A DNA stretch of 64,000 nt from Pseudomonadota bacterium (GTDB taxonomy: Bacteria; Pseudomonadota; Alphaproteobacteria; UBA2136; JAPKEQ01): contig JAYZXF010000003.1 of the NCBI GenBank assembly GCA_036141575.1, forward strand, positions 166,598 through 230,597. Reading direction: 5' to 3'. The notes under the pieces are model-generated. The model was not told the origin of the DNA and did not search any database. It saw only the letters and a list, made by a program, of their open reading frames with translations. The position numbers and the translations under genes were made by a program. The stretch's first letter is position 1, and each line of letters starts with the position of its first letter. Below are positions 46,401 to 55,632 of this stretch, piece by piece.

Positions 46401-49400
46401 GCAAACGGCGCTGTGACACTAAACCCAGACGGTTCATTCACATACACACCAACTGCAAACTACAACGGTGCAGATACATTTACGTATACTGTAACGGACG
46501 GTCAGCTAACGCGTACAGAAACAGTAAACATTACAGTTGACCCTGTAAATGATGACCCAACTGTAGATACTGCCATTAACCTGAACACAGATGAAGATAC
46601 AGACATCACTGTAGATGTACTGGCTCTTGCAACAGACGTAGATGGCGACACGCTGTCTATCTCAGTTCACCCAGATTCAGCTCAAGGTGGTTCTGTACAA
46701 GTTGTGAATGGTGAAGTGGTTTACTCACCTGCAAACAACTTCAACGGTGCAGATAGCTTCACATACACAATTACAGACGGTAACGGTGGTTCATTCACAG
46801 GTACTGTAAACATTGATGTTGCCCCTATTAATGATGCGCCTAACGCCATCATTAACAACTACGAAACAGATGAAGAAGCTGCTATTACATTTGATGTTCT
46901 AAGCAACGATAATGATATTGATGGCGATGCAATTAGCCTAGATAGCTTCACGCAACCTGCAAACGGTTCTCTCGTACAGAACCCAGATGGTACGCTAAGC
47001 TACACGCCAGACGACGGCTTTAATGGCATTGATACATTCACATACACAATTACAGACCCAGACGGTCTAACAGATACAGCCACTGTAAACATTACAGTAA
47101 ACGCTGTGAACGATGCGCCTGAGACTCAAGCTGATAACATTGTACTGGATGAAGATACGTCTGCAACGTTTGATGTTCTTGCAAACGATAGTGACCCTGA
47201 TGGTGATGCGCTTTCTGTTGCAACATTCACAAACCCTGCAAACGGTAGCCTGACACAAAACACTGATGGGACATTCACATATAATCCAAATGGAAACTTT
47301 AACGGCTCTGATAGCTTTACATACACTGTAACGGACGGCATTGAAACACGTACGGAAACTGTAAACATTACAGTAAACCCTATTAACGATGCGCCTGTTG
47401 CCTCTCATGATGATGTGGTTCTAGATGAAGATACATCAGCAACATTTGATGTTCTTGCAAACGATAGCGACGTTGATGGTGACGCCCTCTCTGTTGAAAG
47501 CTTTGTACAACCTGCTAACGGCAGCGTAGTGCAAAACCCAGACGGTACATTCAGCTACACACCAGCTGCAGGCTTCAATGGTTCTGATAGTTTCACATAC
47601 ACAGTCACTGATGGCTCTCTTACACACACAACCACAGTTAATATTATTGTAAACGCTATTAATGACGCGCCAGTAACACAAGCTGATAACGTTGTGCTGG
47701 ATGAAGATACAGCTGCAACGTTTGACGTGCTTGCCAATGATAGCGACCCTGATGGTGACGCTCTATCTGTTGAAAGCTTCACACAGCCTGCAAACGGCTC
47801 AGTGGTTCAAAACCCAGACGGTACGTTCACATACAACCCGGCTGCAAACTACAACGGTAACGATAGCTTTACGTACACAGTAACAGATGGCAATGGAGCA
47901 TCAGTTACTGAAACTGTGAACATTGTTGTAAACCCAATTAATGATGCACCAAACACAACACTTGATGACATCACTCTTGATGAAGATACAACAGCAACAT
48001 TTGATGTTCTTGCAAACGATGGTGACGTTGATGGTGATGTACTTTCTGTAGAAAGCTTTACACAGCCTGCAAATGGTGTCATTGCACAAAACCCAGATGG
48101 CACACTTACATTCACACCAAATGATAACTTCAATGGAACAGACAGCTTCACTTACACTGTGACTGACGGCATTGAGTCTCGCACAGAAACAGTAAACATT
48201 GTTGTGAACCCAGTGAATGACCTGAGCGATGCAGACGAAAGCATCACAGTTTCTGAGAATGACGACTTCATGGTCAATGTTCTTGATAACACTGACAACC
48301 CAGACGGCCCAATTGACGCAACTGTTATTGGTACGGGTGATATTCGTGTCATTAACAATGGTAACGATATTACAGCAGACTTCCAACTAGAGCCTGTATC
48401 TCTTGGTGCTTCTGCGGCTTACCGTATTACGCATACACCAACAGGTAACACAGGTATCCTGAGCATTAATGCCGGGGGTGAGTTCGCCCTTGATAACGAA
48501 ACAAACAACCTGTTTGATTTCCTAGACGAAGGCGACAATGCTGAGATCACACTTGATTACACACTAACAGACGGCATCGATACAGCTGCCTCTACTGCAA
48601 CAATCAACGTGATTGGTTCTCTAGATGCGCCAATTACAGTTGCGGATGTTGTGACACTGGATGAAGATACAACAGCAACATTTGATGTACTTGCAAATGA
48701 TTACGACGTTGATGGCGACACAATCAGCCTAGAAAGCTTTACTCAGCCAGCAAATGGTAACGTAGTACAAAATCCAGACGGTACGTTCACGTTCACGCCA
48801 AATGCTGACTTCAACGGCAACGATAGCTTCACTTACACAGTGACAGATGGCACAAGCTCTGTGACTGAGACAGTCTCTATCATTGTAAATGAGGTGAATG
48901 ACGCCCCTATTACAGCGCCTGATGATGTTGTACTTGATGAAGATACGTCTGCAACATTTGATGTTCTTGCCAATGATAGCGACCTTGATGGTGACGTACT
49001 TTCTGTAGATAGCTTCACACAGCCTGCTAACGGCTCAGTGGTGCAAAACCCAGATGGCACATTCACATACACGCCAGCTGCAGACTACAACGGTAACGAT
49101 ACATTCACATACACAGTATCTGACGGCTCAAGTCTGGTCACAGAAACAGTAAACATTGTCGTTAACCCAATTAACGATGCACCTGTTGCTGGCCCAGATA
49201 CAATCACTCTAGATGAAGATACAGTTGCAACATTTGATGTACTGGCCAATGACAGCGATGTTGATGGTGATGCTCTATCTGTTGAAAGCTTCACACAACC
49301 TGCTAACGGTACAGTGGTGCAAAACCCAGATAGCACATTTAGCTTCACGCCAAATGCAGACTTTAACGGTAACGATAGCTTCACATACACAGTAACAGAC

Positions 49401-52400
49401 GGCGCTATTGCAGTTACACAAACAGTTGACCTGATTGTGAACCCTGTAAACGATGGCCCACAAACTGTAGAAGACGGTGTTGTGCTTGATGAAGATACAT
49501 CAGCAACATTTGATGTCCTTGCAAACGATAGCGACCCTGATGGTGACGCCCTATCTGTAACAGCCTTCACGCAAGGTGCAAACGGTACAGTGGTGCAAAA
49601 CCCAGACGGTACATTCAGCTACACACCAAATGCTGACTTCAACGGCTCAGATACATTTATCTACACAGTATCTGATGGCACTGAAGAGCGTATGGAAGTG
49701 GTGAACATTACTGTTAACCCAGTGAATGACGTTCCTGTAACGCAATCAGATGATGTTGTTCTAGATGAAGATACGTCTGCAACATTTGATGTACTTGCAA
49801 ACGATAGCGACATTGATGGCGACGCTCTCTCAGTAGAAAGCTTCACACAGCCTACTAACGGCGTTGTCGTGCAAAACCCAGATGGTACATTCACATACAC
49901 ACCATCTGCCGATTACAACGGTAATGACACATTTACGTACACAGTCACAGACGGCACTGAGTCAGTGACTGAAACTGTGAACATTGTTGTGAACCCAGTT
50001 GATGATCCAGTGGGCGACATTGTCCCTCTTCCAACAGATGAGCACACAATTGACATTACATTCATAGATGAAAGTGCTGGATTCAAAAACAGCTTCGGTT
50101 ATATCTTTGTAGATGCTGAAGGCACAATCCATGAAACAGGCCTTGTGTGGGAGAACTCATCTAAAGTTGGTAGCGGTGGAGATCTTGTTCCAGGTCAAAG
50201 CGTTGAAACAATCACTGTGCCTGAAGGCCTCTACGCAGAGTTCTTCATTATTGCAAATGGTGAGCGTGTTAACCAAAGCTATGACAACCATATTGATCTA
50301 GACACAGGTACAATTGCCTTTGTTGATGAAAATGGTGAAAAAGCCAACATTAACGATGCAACAGACCCTATCCTTGTTTATACCGACGCAAATGGAAATG
50401 AGATTGATGTTCGCGGACATGTATTCCTTACACCTGAGAACAACCTTCTTAACCCTGATGACATTGACCATGTGAAACTCACAAACGGTGACGATGGTGC
50501 TATCCGCGTTGGTTTTGAAGACCTAATGCAAGGTGGGGACAAAGACTTTGATGACCTTATTCTAGATATTAAAGTCAATGACCTTGAAAACCTTGATACT
50601 GGTGATCTAGACCCACGCTTCTACAACACGGCAAGTAACGGCCTTCCAGACGCACCAGCTATTGATGCTCTTCCAATTCCAGAGCACGATGTTGAGATTG
50701 TCTTCCAAGGCGAAACTGCAGCTTATAAAAATACATTTGGTTACTACACAGTTGACGGCTCAGGTAACATTCACAATGTTGGTATTGTGTTTGATAATGC
50801 CTCTCGTGCAGGTAGTGGTGGTAACCTTGTTACGGGTGTAAGCTCAGAAACAATCACTATTCCTGAAGGTCAGTATGTAGAGTTCTTCATTATTGCAAAC
50901 GGCTTCCGTGAAAATGACAGCTTCGATAGTATCGATCTTGAAAATGGTCAGCTTAACTTCCTGAATGCTGCTGGCGATGCCTTTGCTAACGTAAATGATG
51001 GCACACCTCCTCAGCTGGTGTTCACAGATGACAACGGTAATACATTTGCCCTAGACGGTAACGTATACCACTCTGCGAATTCAGCTCTAAATGGTGACGG
51101 TATTAACCACGTGATGCTTGAATCACAAGGCATTAACGATACACGCCTCAGCTTTGAAGACCTACGCGGCGGCGGTGATAGCGACTTCAATGATGTGATC
51201 GTAGACATTAACATGTCACGCATCCATATCCGCGGTGACGCTGATGCCAACACAATTGACATGCGTAACATGGACTTCAACTTCTACAATGAGTTCATCT
51301 ACCCTGCAGGTGCTGGTGATGACATCGTTATGGGTAGCGCAGTACGTGATGTACTTCGCGGCCATGCTGGTAACGATCAAATCTTTGGCCTAGACGGCAA
51401 CGATATTCTGATTGGTGGCCAAGGCGCAGATATCCTAGATGGCGGAAACGGCGATGATAAACTTCGCTACAAGGCTGATGGTGTTTGGTCTGCAATGTAC
51501 GGCGCGAAAAACGTAACAACAGGCGACTTTGTAACACTAGACGGCCTGACTCGCACAAACGACATCTTTAAAGGCGGCGCAGGCGAAGATAGACTTCTAG
51601 CAACATCTCAAAGTGATGCCCTCTTCCTACATGGTCAGTACGATGTCCCAATGATTGAAGGCGTCGAGCGCTTCTACATGGGTAAAGGTGATGATCTGCT
51701 TGATATGTCTAGCGACGTATACACTTATGGCGACATCTTTGCTGCGGGTGGATCTGGTAATGATATTATCTGGTCTAATGCTGGTAATGATGATCTACGC
51801 GCAGGCTCTGGTAATGACTGGATTCATGGCGGCGAAGGTAACGATGTGATTAGACTTGGCCACGGTGCCGACCTTGCACAAGGTGGCGAAGGCGACGATA
51901 AGATCTATGCTCAACTTGGTAATGATGAAGTCTATGGTGATGCCGGTAATGACCTCCTATACGGTGGTAGCGGCGAAGACCAAATCTTTGGCGGTGAAGG
52001 CAATGACCAGATCTACGGCCAAAATGATGATGACTTCATTTCAGGTGGCCAAGGCAATGACATGCTAAACGGTGGCCGTGGTAACGATATCCTAGAAGGT
52101 GATGCAGGTAACGATACTCTGTATGGCCACAATGATGACGACACTCTATTTGGTGGCGAAGGCAGCGATATCCTTTACGGTGGTAACGGCGCTGACCTTC
52201 TTGTTGCTTCTGTCGGCTTTGACCATCTTCATGGTGGTCGTGGTGATGACACCTTCCAGCTTGATGACCTAAACGCAGCTGAAAACACAATTGTACGCTT
52301 CAAAGCGGGTGAAGACAGCATTGATCTGAGCGAAATCATTGACGACCTAGGCGTGAGTGAAAGTGAGTTCCTAGATAATCTATCTCTAGATTACTCTGCG

Positions 52401-52514
52401 CGTAACACGGCTGAGCTGAACTACAACGATGGTACAACTGAGATCACATTCTTCCACTTCGAGCATGTTGCTCGTAACCTAGAAGCTGATGATCTCGACA
52501 TCATTACAACGTAA
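43422..52514 (+). CDS. Giant RTX / cadherin-like repeat protein, 3030 aa: N-terminal RTX-like GG.G.D block, ~25 tandem ~100-aa cadherin/VCBS-like repeats, two DUF4114-like modules, C-terminal RTX nonapeptide beta-roll and T1SS signal
   Basis: Repeats ..VLANDSDPDGD.LSV.SFTQPANGSVVQNPDGTF.YTP...FNG.DSFTYTVTDG......V.I.VNP.NDAP. Two modules with FGYY.VD..G....G........GG.L..G.S.ETI..PEG.Y.EFF.IANG ... FED..GGGD.DFND.I.DI. C-terminal GGxGxDxUx nonapeptides x ~15, ending DDLDIITT. Confidence 0.85.
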   Translation: MVTKTPDDIVIESNEITTEGETVNVSSQSESPKQEENEEIAALEDGAPTEDIATFDASEIQETASLNDALPGVNFMRKLYGTDYTSDPTGARSYYYDFANESAGVGESQFYLSFYSTFDTSYFGFTGTSGDDVINRITDDPQFSDIPYILNGLEGNDNITGSNADNMLIGGADDDILNGNGGDDVFYYEGHNNGIDNINGGVGEDAILGSSGDDTIGVQTLNDSRSIEVIDGGDGIDTIRGGDTGTDNFDLRNIEVRNIEFYDLGDGGTDTFYGTSDADTILTGSGTKRIFGEDGDDTIILKTSHTSGESNEYDGGAGFDQIITQDPTQNFTLRMRELRPEDSIESIDLGSGTNVIEGTSGGNRLDFSTTALNGVSLIDGLGGSDTIIGTSGNDVIRGGEGSDTMSGGDGDDIFLVEGIDPSTSARDDFDGGAGFDQIIGTAGNELVRVRFLNAADSIEVLDLGAGYDVLETRGSSNIDLSGMTVLGLDFINGGSSSDNITATQGDDFIQGNGGNDTLNGAGGVNTAVFNGVFTDYEITDNGDGTFTVLDLNTADGNDGRDTLININYAQFSNYTETLIAPNLPPVAVDDNITLDEDTEVTFNPTGNDTDPGDTITLVAIDTPVNGNLIDNGDGTFTYEPFNNFNGSESISYTIEDAAGQQATGTINFNVTPVNDAPDARNNGTTINEDETATIDVLGNDRDVDGDTLSIVSFDQPANGSVVLNPDGTFTYTPSGNYFGVDSFDYTITDGEFQDTATVNITINAANDAPDTVEDNITVEEDSFITFDVLANDSDVDGDTITLESFTLPTEGTLVQNPDGTFTYTPAPDFNGTDSFTYTVTDGTASRVENVNITVDPENDTPITLSDSATTQEDNSVVIDVLANDSDPDGDALTVSSVTDGANGTVAINPEGTVTYTPNADFHGNDSFTYIANDGNGGTVTETVTVQVNPENDAPVTVVDDISVNEDESINIQVLLNDTDVDGDTLSIDSFTQPANGAVTLNPDGSFTYTPTANYNGADTFTYTVTDGQLTRTETVNITVDPVNDDPTVDTAINLNTDEDTDITVDVLALATDVDGDTLSISVHPDSAQGGSVQVVNGEVVYSPANNFNGADSFTYTITDGNGGSFTGTVNIDVAPINDAPNAIINNYETDEEAAITFDVLSNDNDIDGDAISLDSFTQPANGSLVQNPDGTLSYTPDDGFNGIDTFTYTITDPDGLTDTATVNITVNAVNDAPETQADNIVLDEDTSATFDVLANDSDPDGDALSVATFTNPANGSLTQNTDGTFTYNPNGNFNGSDSFTYTVTDGIETRTETVNITVNPINDAPVASHDDVVLDEDTSATFDVLANDSDVDGDALSVESFVQPANGSVVQNPDGTFSYTPAAGFNGSDSFTYTVTDGSLTHTTTVNIIVNAINDAPVTQADNVVLDEDTAATFDVLANDSDPDGDALSVESFTQPANGSVVQNPDGTFTYNPAANYNGNDSFTYTVTDGNGASVTETVNIVVNPINDAPNTTLDDITLDEDTTATFDVLANDGDVDGDVLSVESFTQPANGVIAQNPDGTLTFTPNDNFNGTDSFTYTVTDGIESRTETVNIVVNPVNDLSDADESITVSENDDFMVNVLDNTDNPDGPIDATVIGTGDIRVINNGNDITADFQLEPVSLGASAAYRITHTPTGNTGILSINAGGEFALDNETNNLFDFLDEGDNAEITLDYTLTDGIDTAASTATINVIGSLDAPITVADVVTLDEDTTATFDVLANDYDVDGDTISLESFTQPANGNVVQNPDGTFTFTPNADFNGNDSFTYTVTDGTSSVTETVSIIVNEVNDAPITAPDDVVLDEDTSATFDVLANDSDLDGDVLSVDSFTQPANGSVVQNPDGTFTYTPAADYNGNDTFTYTVSDGSSLVTETVNIVVNPINDAPVAGPDTITLDEDTVATFDVLANDSDVDGDALSVESFTQPANGTVVQNPDSTFSFTPNADFNGNDSFTYTVTDGAIAVTQTVDLIVNPVNDGPQTVEDGVVLDEDTSATFDVLANDSDPDGDALSVTAFTQGANGTVVQNPDGTFSYTPNADFNGSDTFIYTVSDGTEERMEVVNITVNPVNDVPVTQSDDVVLDEDTSATFDVLANDSDIDGDALSVESFTQPTNGVVVQNPDGTFTYTPSADYNGNDTFTYTVTDGTESVTETVNIVVNPVDDPVGDIVPLPTDEHTIDITFIDESAGFKNSFGYIFVDAEGTIHETGLVWENSSKVGSGGDLVPGQSVETITVPEGLYAEFFIIANGERVNQSYDNHIDLDTGTIAFVDENGEKANINDATDPILVYTDANGNEIDVRGHVFLTPENNLLNPDDIDHVKLTNGDDGAIRVGFEDLMQGGDKDFDDLILDIKVNDLENLDTGDLDPRFYNTASNGLPDAPAIDALPIPEHDVEIVFQGETAAYKNTFGYYTVDGSGNIHNVGIVFDNASRAGSGGNLVTGVSSETITIPEGQYVEFFIIANGFRENDSFDSIDLENGQLNFLNAAGDAFANVNDGTPPQLVFTDDNGNTFALDGNVYHSANSALNGDGINHVMLESQGINDTRLSFEDLRGGGDSDFNDVIVDINMSRIHIRGDADANTIDMRNMDFNFYNEFIYPAGAGDDIVMGSAVRDVLRGHAGNDQIFGLDGNDILIGGQGADILDGGNGDDKLRYKADGVWSAMYGAKNVTTGDFVTLDGLTRTNDIFKGGAGEDRLLATSQSDALFLHGQYDVPMIEGVERFYMGKGDDLLDMSSDVYTYGDIFAAGGSGNDIIWSNAGNDDLRAGSGNDWIHGGEGNDVIRLGHGADLAQGGEGDDKIYAQLGNDEVYGDAGNDLLYGGSGEDQIFGGEGNDQIYGQNDDDFISGGQGNDMLNGGRGNDILEGDAGNDTLYGHNDDDTLFGGEGSDILYGGNGADLLVASVGFDHLHGGRGDDTFQLDDLNAAENTIVRFKAGEDSIDLSEIIDDLGVSESEFLDNLSLDYSARNTAELNYNDGTTEITFFHFEHVARNLEADDLDIITT

Positions 52515-52530
52515 CCTTATACAAACAAAT

Positions 52531-52558
52531 CGAAACCGCTTCTGTTGAAGCGGTTTCG
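52531..52558 (+). terminator. Stem-loop downstream of the 3030-aa gene (weak terminator, poor U-tract)
   Basis: cgaaaccgcttcTGTTgaagcggtttcg. Confidence 0.4.
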
Positions 52559-52598
52559 TGGTATTATGGGCTAATAATAAAAAAATAGGTGACCCAAT

Positions 52599-53768
52599 AT
52601 GCCAGCTCTTAACCCACAAGACCCCCTTCTGATTGATACACTTCTTACGGAAGATGAACGTCTGCTACGTGATGCAACACGTGATTTTGTTAGGGCTGAG
52701 CTTGAGCCTGTGGTCACTGAAGCTGCACGTAAAGGTGTATTCCCAATGGATCTGGCTCCTAAAATGGGTGAAATGGGTCTCTTCGGTATTCCTCTTGAAG
52801 GCTATGGTTGCCTGGGTCTTGGCTACGTATCTTACGGACTTGTAAACTTTGAGGTTGAGTACTGCGATAGCGCTTTCCGCTCTTTCCTCTCTGTACAAAG
52901 CTCACTGGTGATGCATCCAATTTACACATTTGGTACAGAAGAGCAGAAACAAAAGTATCTGCCAAAGCTTGCCAGCGGTGAATTCATCGGATGTTTTGGC
53001 CTCACTGAACCAGACGCAGGTTCTGATCCTGCATCAATGCGCTCAAACGCGAAAAAGGTTGATGGCGGCTACATTCTAAATGGTGAGAAAACTTGGATTA
53101 CAAATAGCCCAGTAGCTGACGTATTTGTTGTTTGGGCCAAAGATGAAGCGGGCGATATCCGCGGTTTCGTTCTTGAAAAAGGCATGAAAGGCCTCAGCGC
53201 ACCACACATGGAAGGCAAGCTAAGCCTCCTTGCAAGTGAAACAGGCATGATTGTTATGGAAGATGTATTTGTTCCTGAAGAAAACAAGTTCCCTGAAATC
53301 AAAGGGCTGAAAGGTCCATTCTCTTGCCTGAATAGCGCACGTTACGGCATTAGCTGGGGTTCAATGGGTGCAGCGCAAGCCTGCTTTGATGCAGCACGTG
53401 ACTACAGCCTTGAACGTCAACAGTTTGGCAAACCTCTCGCAAGCAAACAGCTTATCCAGTTTAAACTCGCAAATATGAGTACAGAAATTACGCTTGGTCG
53501 CCTACTCGCGCTTCAGCTTGGCCGTCTTAAAGATGAAGGTAAAGATGATCACAACATGACAAGCTACGCAAAGCGTAACAATGTCGGTAAAGCACTCGAA
53601 ATTTCTCGCATTGCCCGTGATATGCATGGCGGTAATGGTGTAAGTGACGAATACAAAGTCATGCGTCACCTTATGAACCTTGAAGCTGTAAATACCTATG
53701 AAGGCACATCAGACATTCACGCTCTTATCATTGGACGTGCCCTCACAGATATCCAAGCCTTTATGTAG
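52599..53768 (+). CDS. Acyl-CoA dehydrogenase (glutaryl-CoA dehydrogenase-like)
   Basis: Three-domain ACAD fold and the ...YEGTSDIH... C-terminal motif. Length 389 aa. Located near the ETF genes. Confidence 0.85.
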   Translation: MPALNPQDPLLIDTLLTEDERLLRDATRDFVRAELEPVVTEAARKGVFPMDLAPKMGEMGLFGIPLEGYGCLGLGYVSYGLVNFEVEYCDSAFRSFLSVQSSLVMHPIYTFGTEEQKQKYLPKLASGEFIGCFGLTEPDAGSDPASMRSNAKKVDGGYILNGEKTWITNSPVADVFVVWAKDEAGDIRGFVLEKGMKGLSAPHMEGKLSLLASETGMIVMEDVFVPEENKFPEIKGLKGPFSCLNSARYGISWGSMGAAQACFDAARDYSLERQQFGKPLASKQLIQFKLANMSTEITLGRLLALQLGRLKDEGKDDHNMTSYAKRNNVGKALEISRIARDMHGGNGVSDEYKVMRHLMNLEAVNTYEGTSDIHALIIGRALTDIQAFM

Positions 53769-53779
53769 GATGTAAGCTT

Positions 53780-54421
53780 ATGAAACCAGTTCACCCAACC
53801 ACAAAAATGTTTCTGCACATTGCAGGCTCTCTCTTTGGATTTCTTATTTTTATGGGTGCGTGGACTTGGTTTGGTTATTTTTCAAGCAGTGTTGAACTGA
53901 ATGAACTATGGGTTACAAAACCCGTACTTATTATTGGACCTGTTGCCGTACTGGGGGCAGTTATGGCCTCTCTCTATTTCAATATCTTTGCGTTTATCTC
54001 TTGTACAATTATTGCGATGGCCTCTTTCCTAACTGTTTTCCATTACGATGTGCACTGGGAAACAGCACTTAAAAAGCAAGAGCTCTACGGTTACCAAAAG
54101 CAAGAGCTCGCTCGCGCAAAAAGTGAAGCTGATCACCTGTTCTACTGTGGTGAAGATGGCTACATCGCTCTCACAGATGGCAACACATACTTTTCTCCTC
54201 AGCTGCATGACTTTAAAGATAAGCGCTACTACATTGAGTACTTCCCTAAAATTGGTGACCACAAAGGACGTGTTTACCATCTAGGCCTATACCCTGGCGG
54301 CTTTGAGAATAAAACACTCGCTAAGTTTATTAAAAACCCTATGGAGAACTGCACAAAGGGCGGCTGGACACCTTATCAGTACCTCAACCAGTTAAAACCT
54401 TTAAAATCTGCAAACTTCTAA
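53780..54421 (+). CDS. Hypothetical membrane protein, 213 aa
   Basis: Three or four N-terminal TM helices and a soluble C-terminal domain. No family recognised. Confidence 0.45.
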   Translation: MKPVHPTTKMFLHIAGSLFGFLIFMGAWTWFGYFSSSVELNELWVTKPVLIIGPVAVLGAVMASLYFNIFAFISCTIIAMASFLTVFHYDVHWETALKKQELYGYQKQELARAKSEADHLFYCGEDGYIALTDGNTYFSPQLHDFKDKRYYIEYFPKIGDHKGRVYHLGLYPGGFENKTLAKFIKNPMENCTKGGWTPYQYLNQLKPLKSANF

Positions 54422-54506
54422 AAACTATTGACCCCAAACATTCTACAGGTATACAATTTCCACATACTCCTCTTCATTCCTTTTCCTTAGACGGAGTTTT
54501 GCTCCT

Positions 54507-55001
54507 ATGTTTACCCTACCTACTCCCGTGGTTGCTAAAAAAGGCATCAGAGATACATACCTGAAAGCTTTGCGTGACCTACAAAAAAAGAGCGATGATC
54601 CTGACACACAAATGACTGCCATCATTCTTTCAAAAGACCTGAAAACAAAAGTCTCTAAGGCAAATGCAATGCCCCTTGGTATCCTTAAAGATGCTGAGCG
54701 TCTTGTCCGTCCTGAGAAATATCACTGGATTGAGCATGCTGAGCGTAATGCAATTTATGACTCGGCTAAATATGGGCTCGCCCTTAATGGCGCAACCATG
54801 TTTGCTTTGTGTATGCCTTGTATTGATTGTGCACGTGGTATTGCTTGCTCAGGTATCAAGCGTTTGTACATTGATTACGACTTCACCGAGTTCTACATTG
54901 ACGGCAACGCCGCCAAATGGGAAGAAGGTTTCAAACGCGTCTTTGCTCTTCTTGATGAGGCTGGCGTTGAAGTGACCTTCCTCACCAGTCGCGACATTTA
55001 A
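54507..55001 (+). CDS. Cytidine/deoxycytidylate deaminase-family zinc enzyme (dCMP deaminase-like)
   Basis: HAERNAI...PCIDCA zinc-binding motifs. Length 164 aa. Confidence 0.65.
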   Translation: MFTLPTPVVAKKGIRDTYLKALRDLQKKSDDPDTQMTAIILSKDLKTKVSKANAMPLGILKDAERLVRPEKYHWIEHAERNAIYDSAKYGLALNGATMFALCMPCIDCARGIACSGIKRLYIDYDFTEFYIDGNAAKWEEGFKRVFALLDEAGVEVTFLTSRDI

Positions 55002-55035
55002 AAAATCCCCCGCATTTGCGGGGGATTTTTTCGTT
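55001..55035. terminator. Bidirectional rho-independent terminator
   Basis: aaaaaatcccccgcaTTTGcgggggattttttcg, between convergent genes. Confidence 0.7.
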
Positions 55036-55290
55036 TTACATCTCGCTGAGAACATCTTTAAAAGAATCGTTAGCACGAATCTCCTGAAGAGTCTGAGGCG
55101 CATTGCCATAATAACGGCGCGGATTTCCACACATCCAGCAGCTGCAGATGGTGGCATTATTGGCCAGAATTGCAATATCACGATCCGTCAACTCACGACG
55201 AGCTTCAGGGTGAACAGCATTCTCACGGCGAAGCGCCTTAGCTTTATATTTAGCCGTATTATGGCGACGTTCAGCACGAGTACGGGGCAT
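55036..55290 (-). CDS. Hypothetical small basic protein, 84 aa, with a CSCWMC motif
   Basis: ORF only. No family recognised. Confidence 0.35.
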   Translation of the reverse strand: MPRTRAERRHNTAKYKAKALRRENAVHPEARRELTDRDIAILANNATICSCWMCGNPRRYYGNAPQTLQEIRANDSFKDVLSEM

Positions 55291-55510
55291 AGCATTATCC
55301 TTTCAGATAAACGCTAGCAGGCATAAGGGCTATCCCCTATGCCCTAGCGTTGGCTATGCCAACGGGCTTTATGCTTAGGCATAAGCTCTCCTTTTGAAGA
55401 TTGAAGAAACAGTAAGATAGAATTGAATACAGTTTTATAGCAAGAATAGCTTAATCAGGCAAGAGAACCATTAAACTTGCTCAGCTATCTTGGAAAAATT
55501 TAAGTATAAA

Positions 55511-55632
55511 GTTCGCTCTACAGCCATCGAAAATGTGTTGGCATAAAGTGCGCAGAGCGATGTGTATTAAAGATACATGAGCACGAGCACTGCCATGCAA
55601 ATACATTTGCAGATCTGTAGAGTAGAATTTTA
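55511..55632. repeat. ~122-nt structured element, copy C; ends in the ETF-QO TAA stop
   Basis: ttcgct..tcgaaaat, core gatgtgtattaaagatacatga, tttgcag, agtagaatttta. Confidence 0.6.

Noticed and set aside
32750-52514. Dozens of 60-260-aa antisense and alternate-frame ORFs inside the two giant repeat genes (for example 45653-46447 -, 47901-48386 -, 49085-49570 -)
   Set aside because: They lie entirely within strongly supported coding sequence. Their periodicity mirrors the sense-strand repeats, and their products are low-complexity Ser/Val/Thr-rich. They are artefacts of repetitive GC-biased codons.
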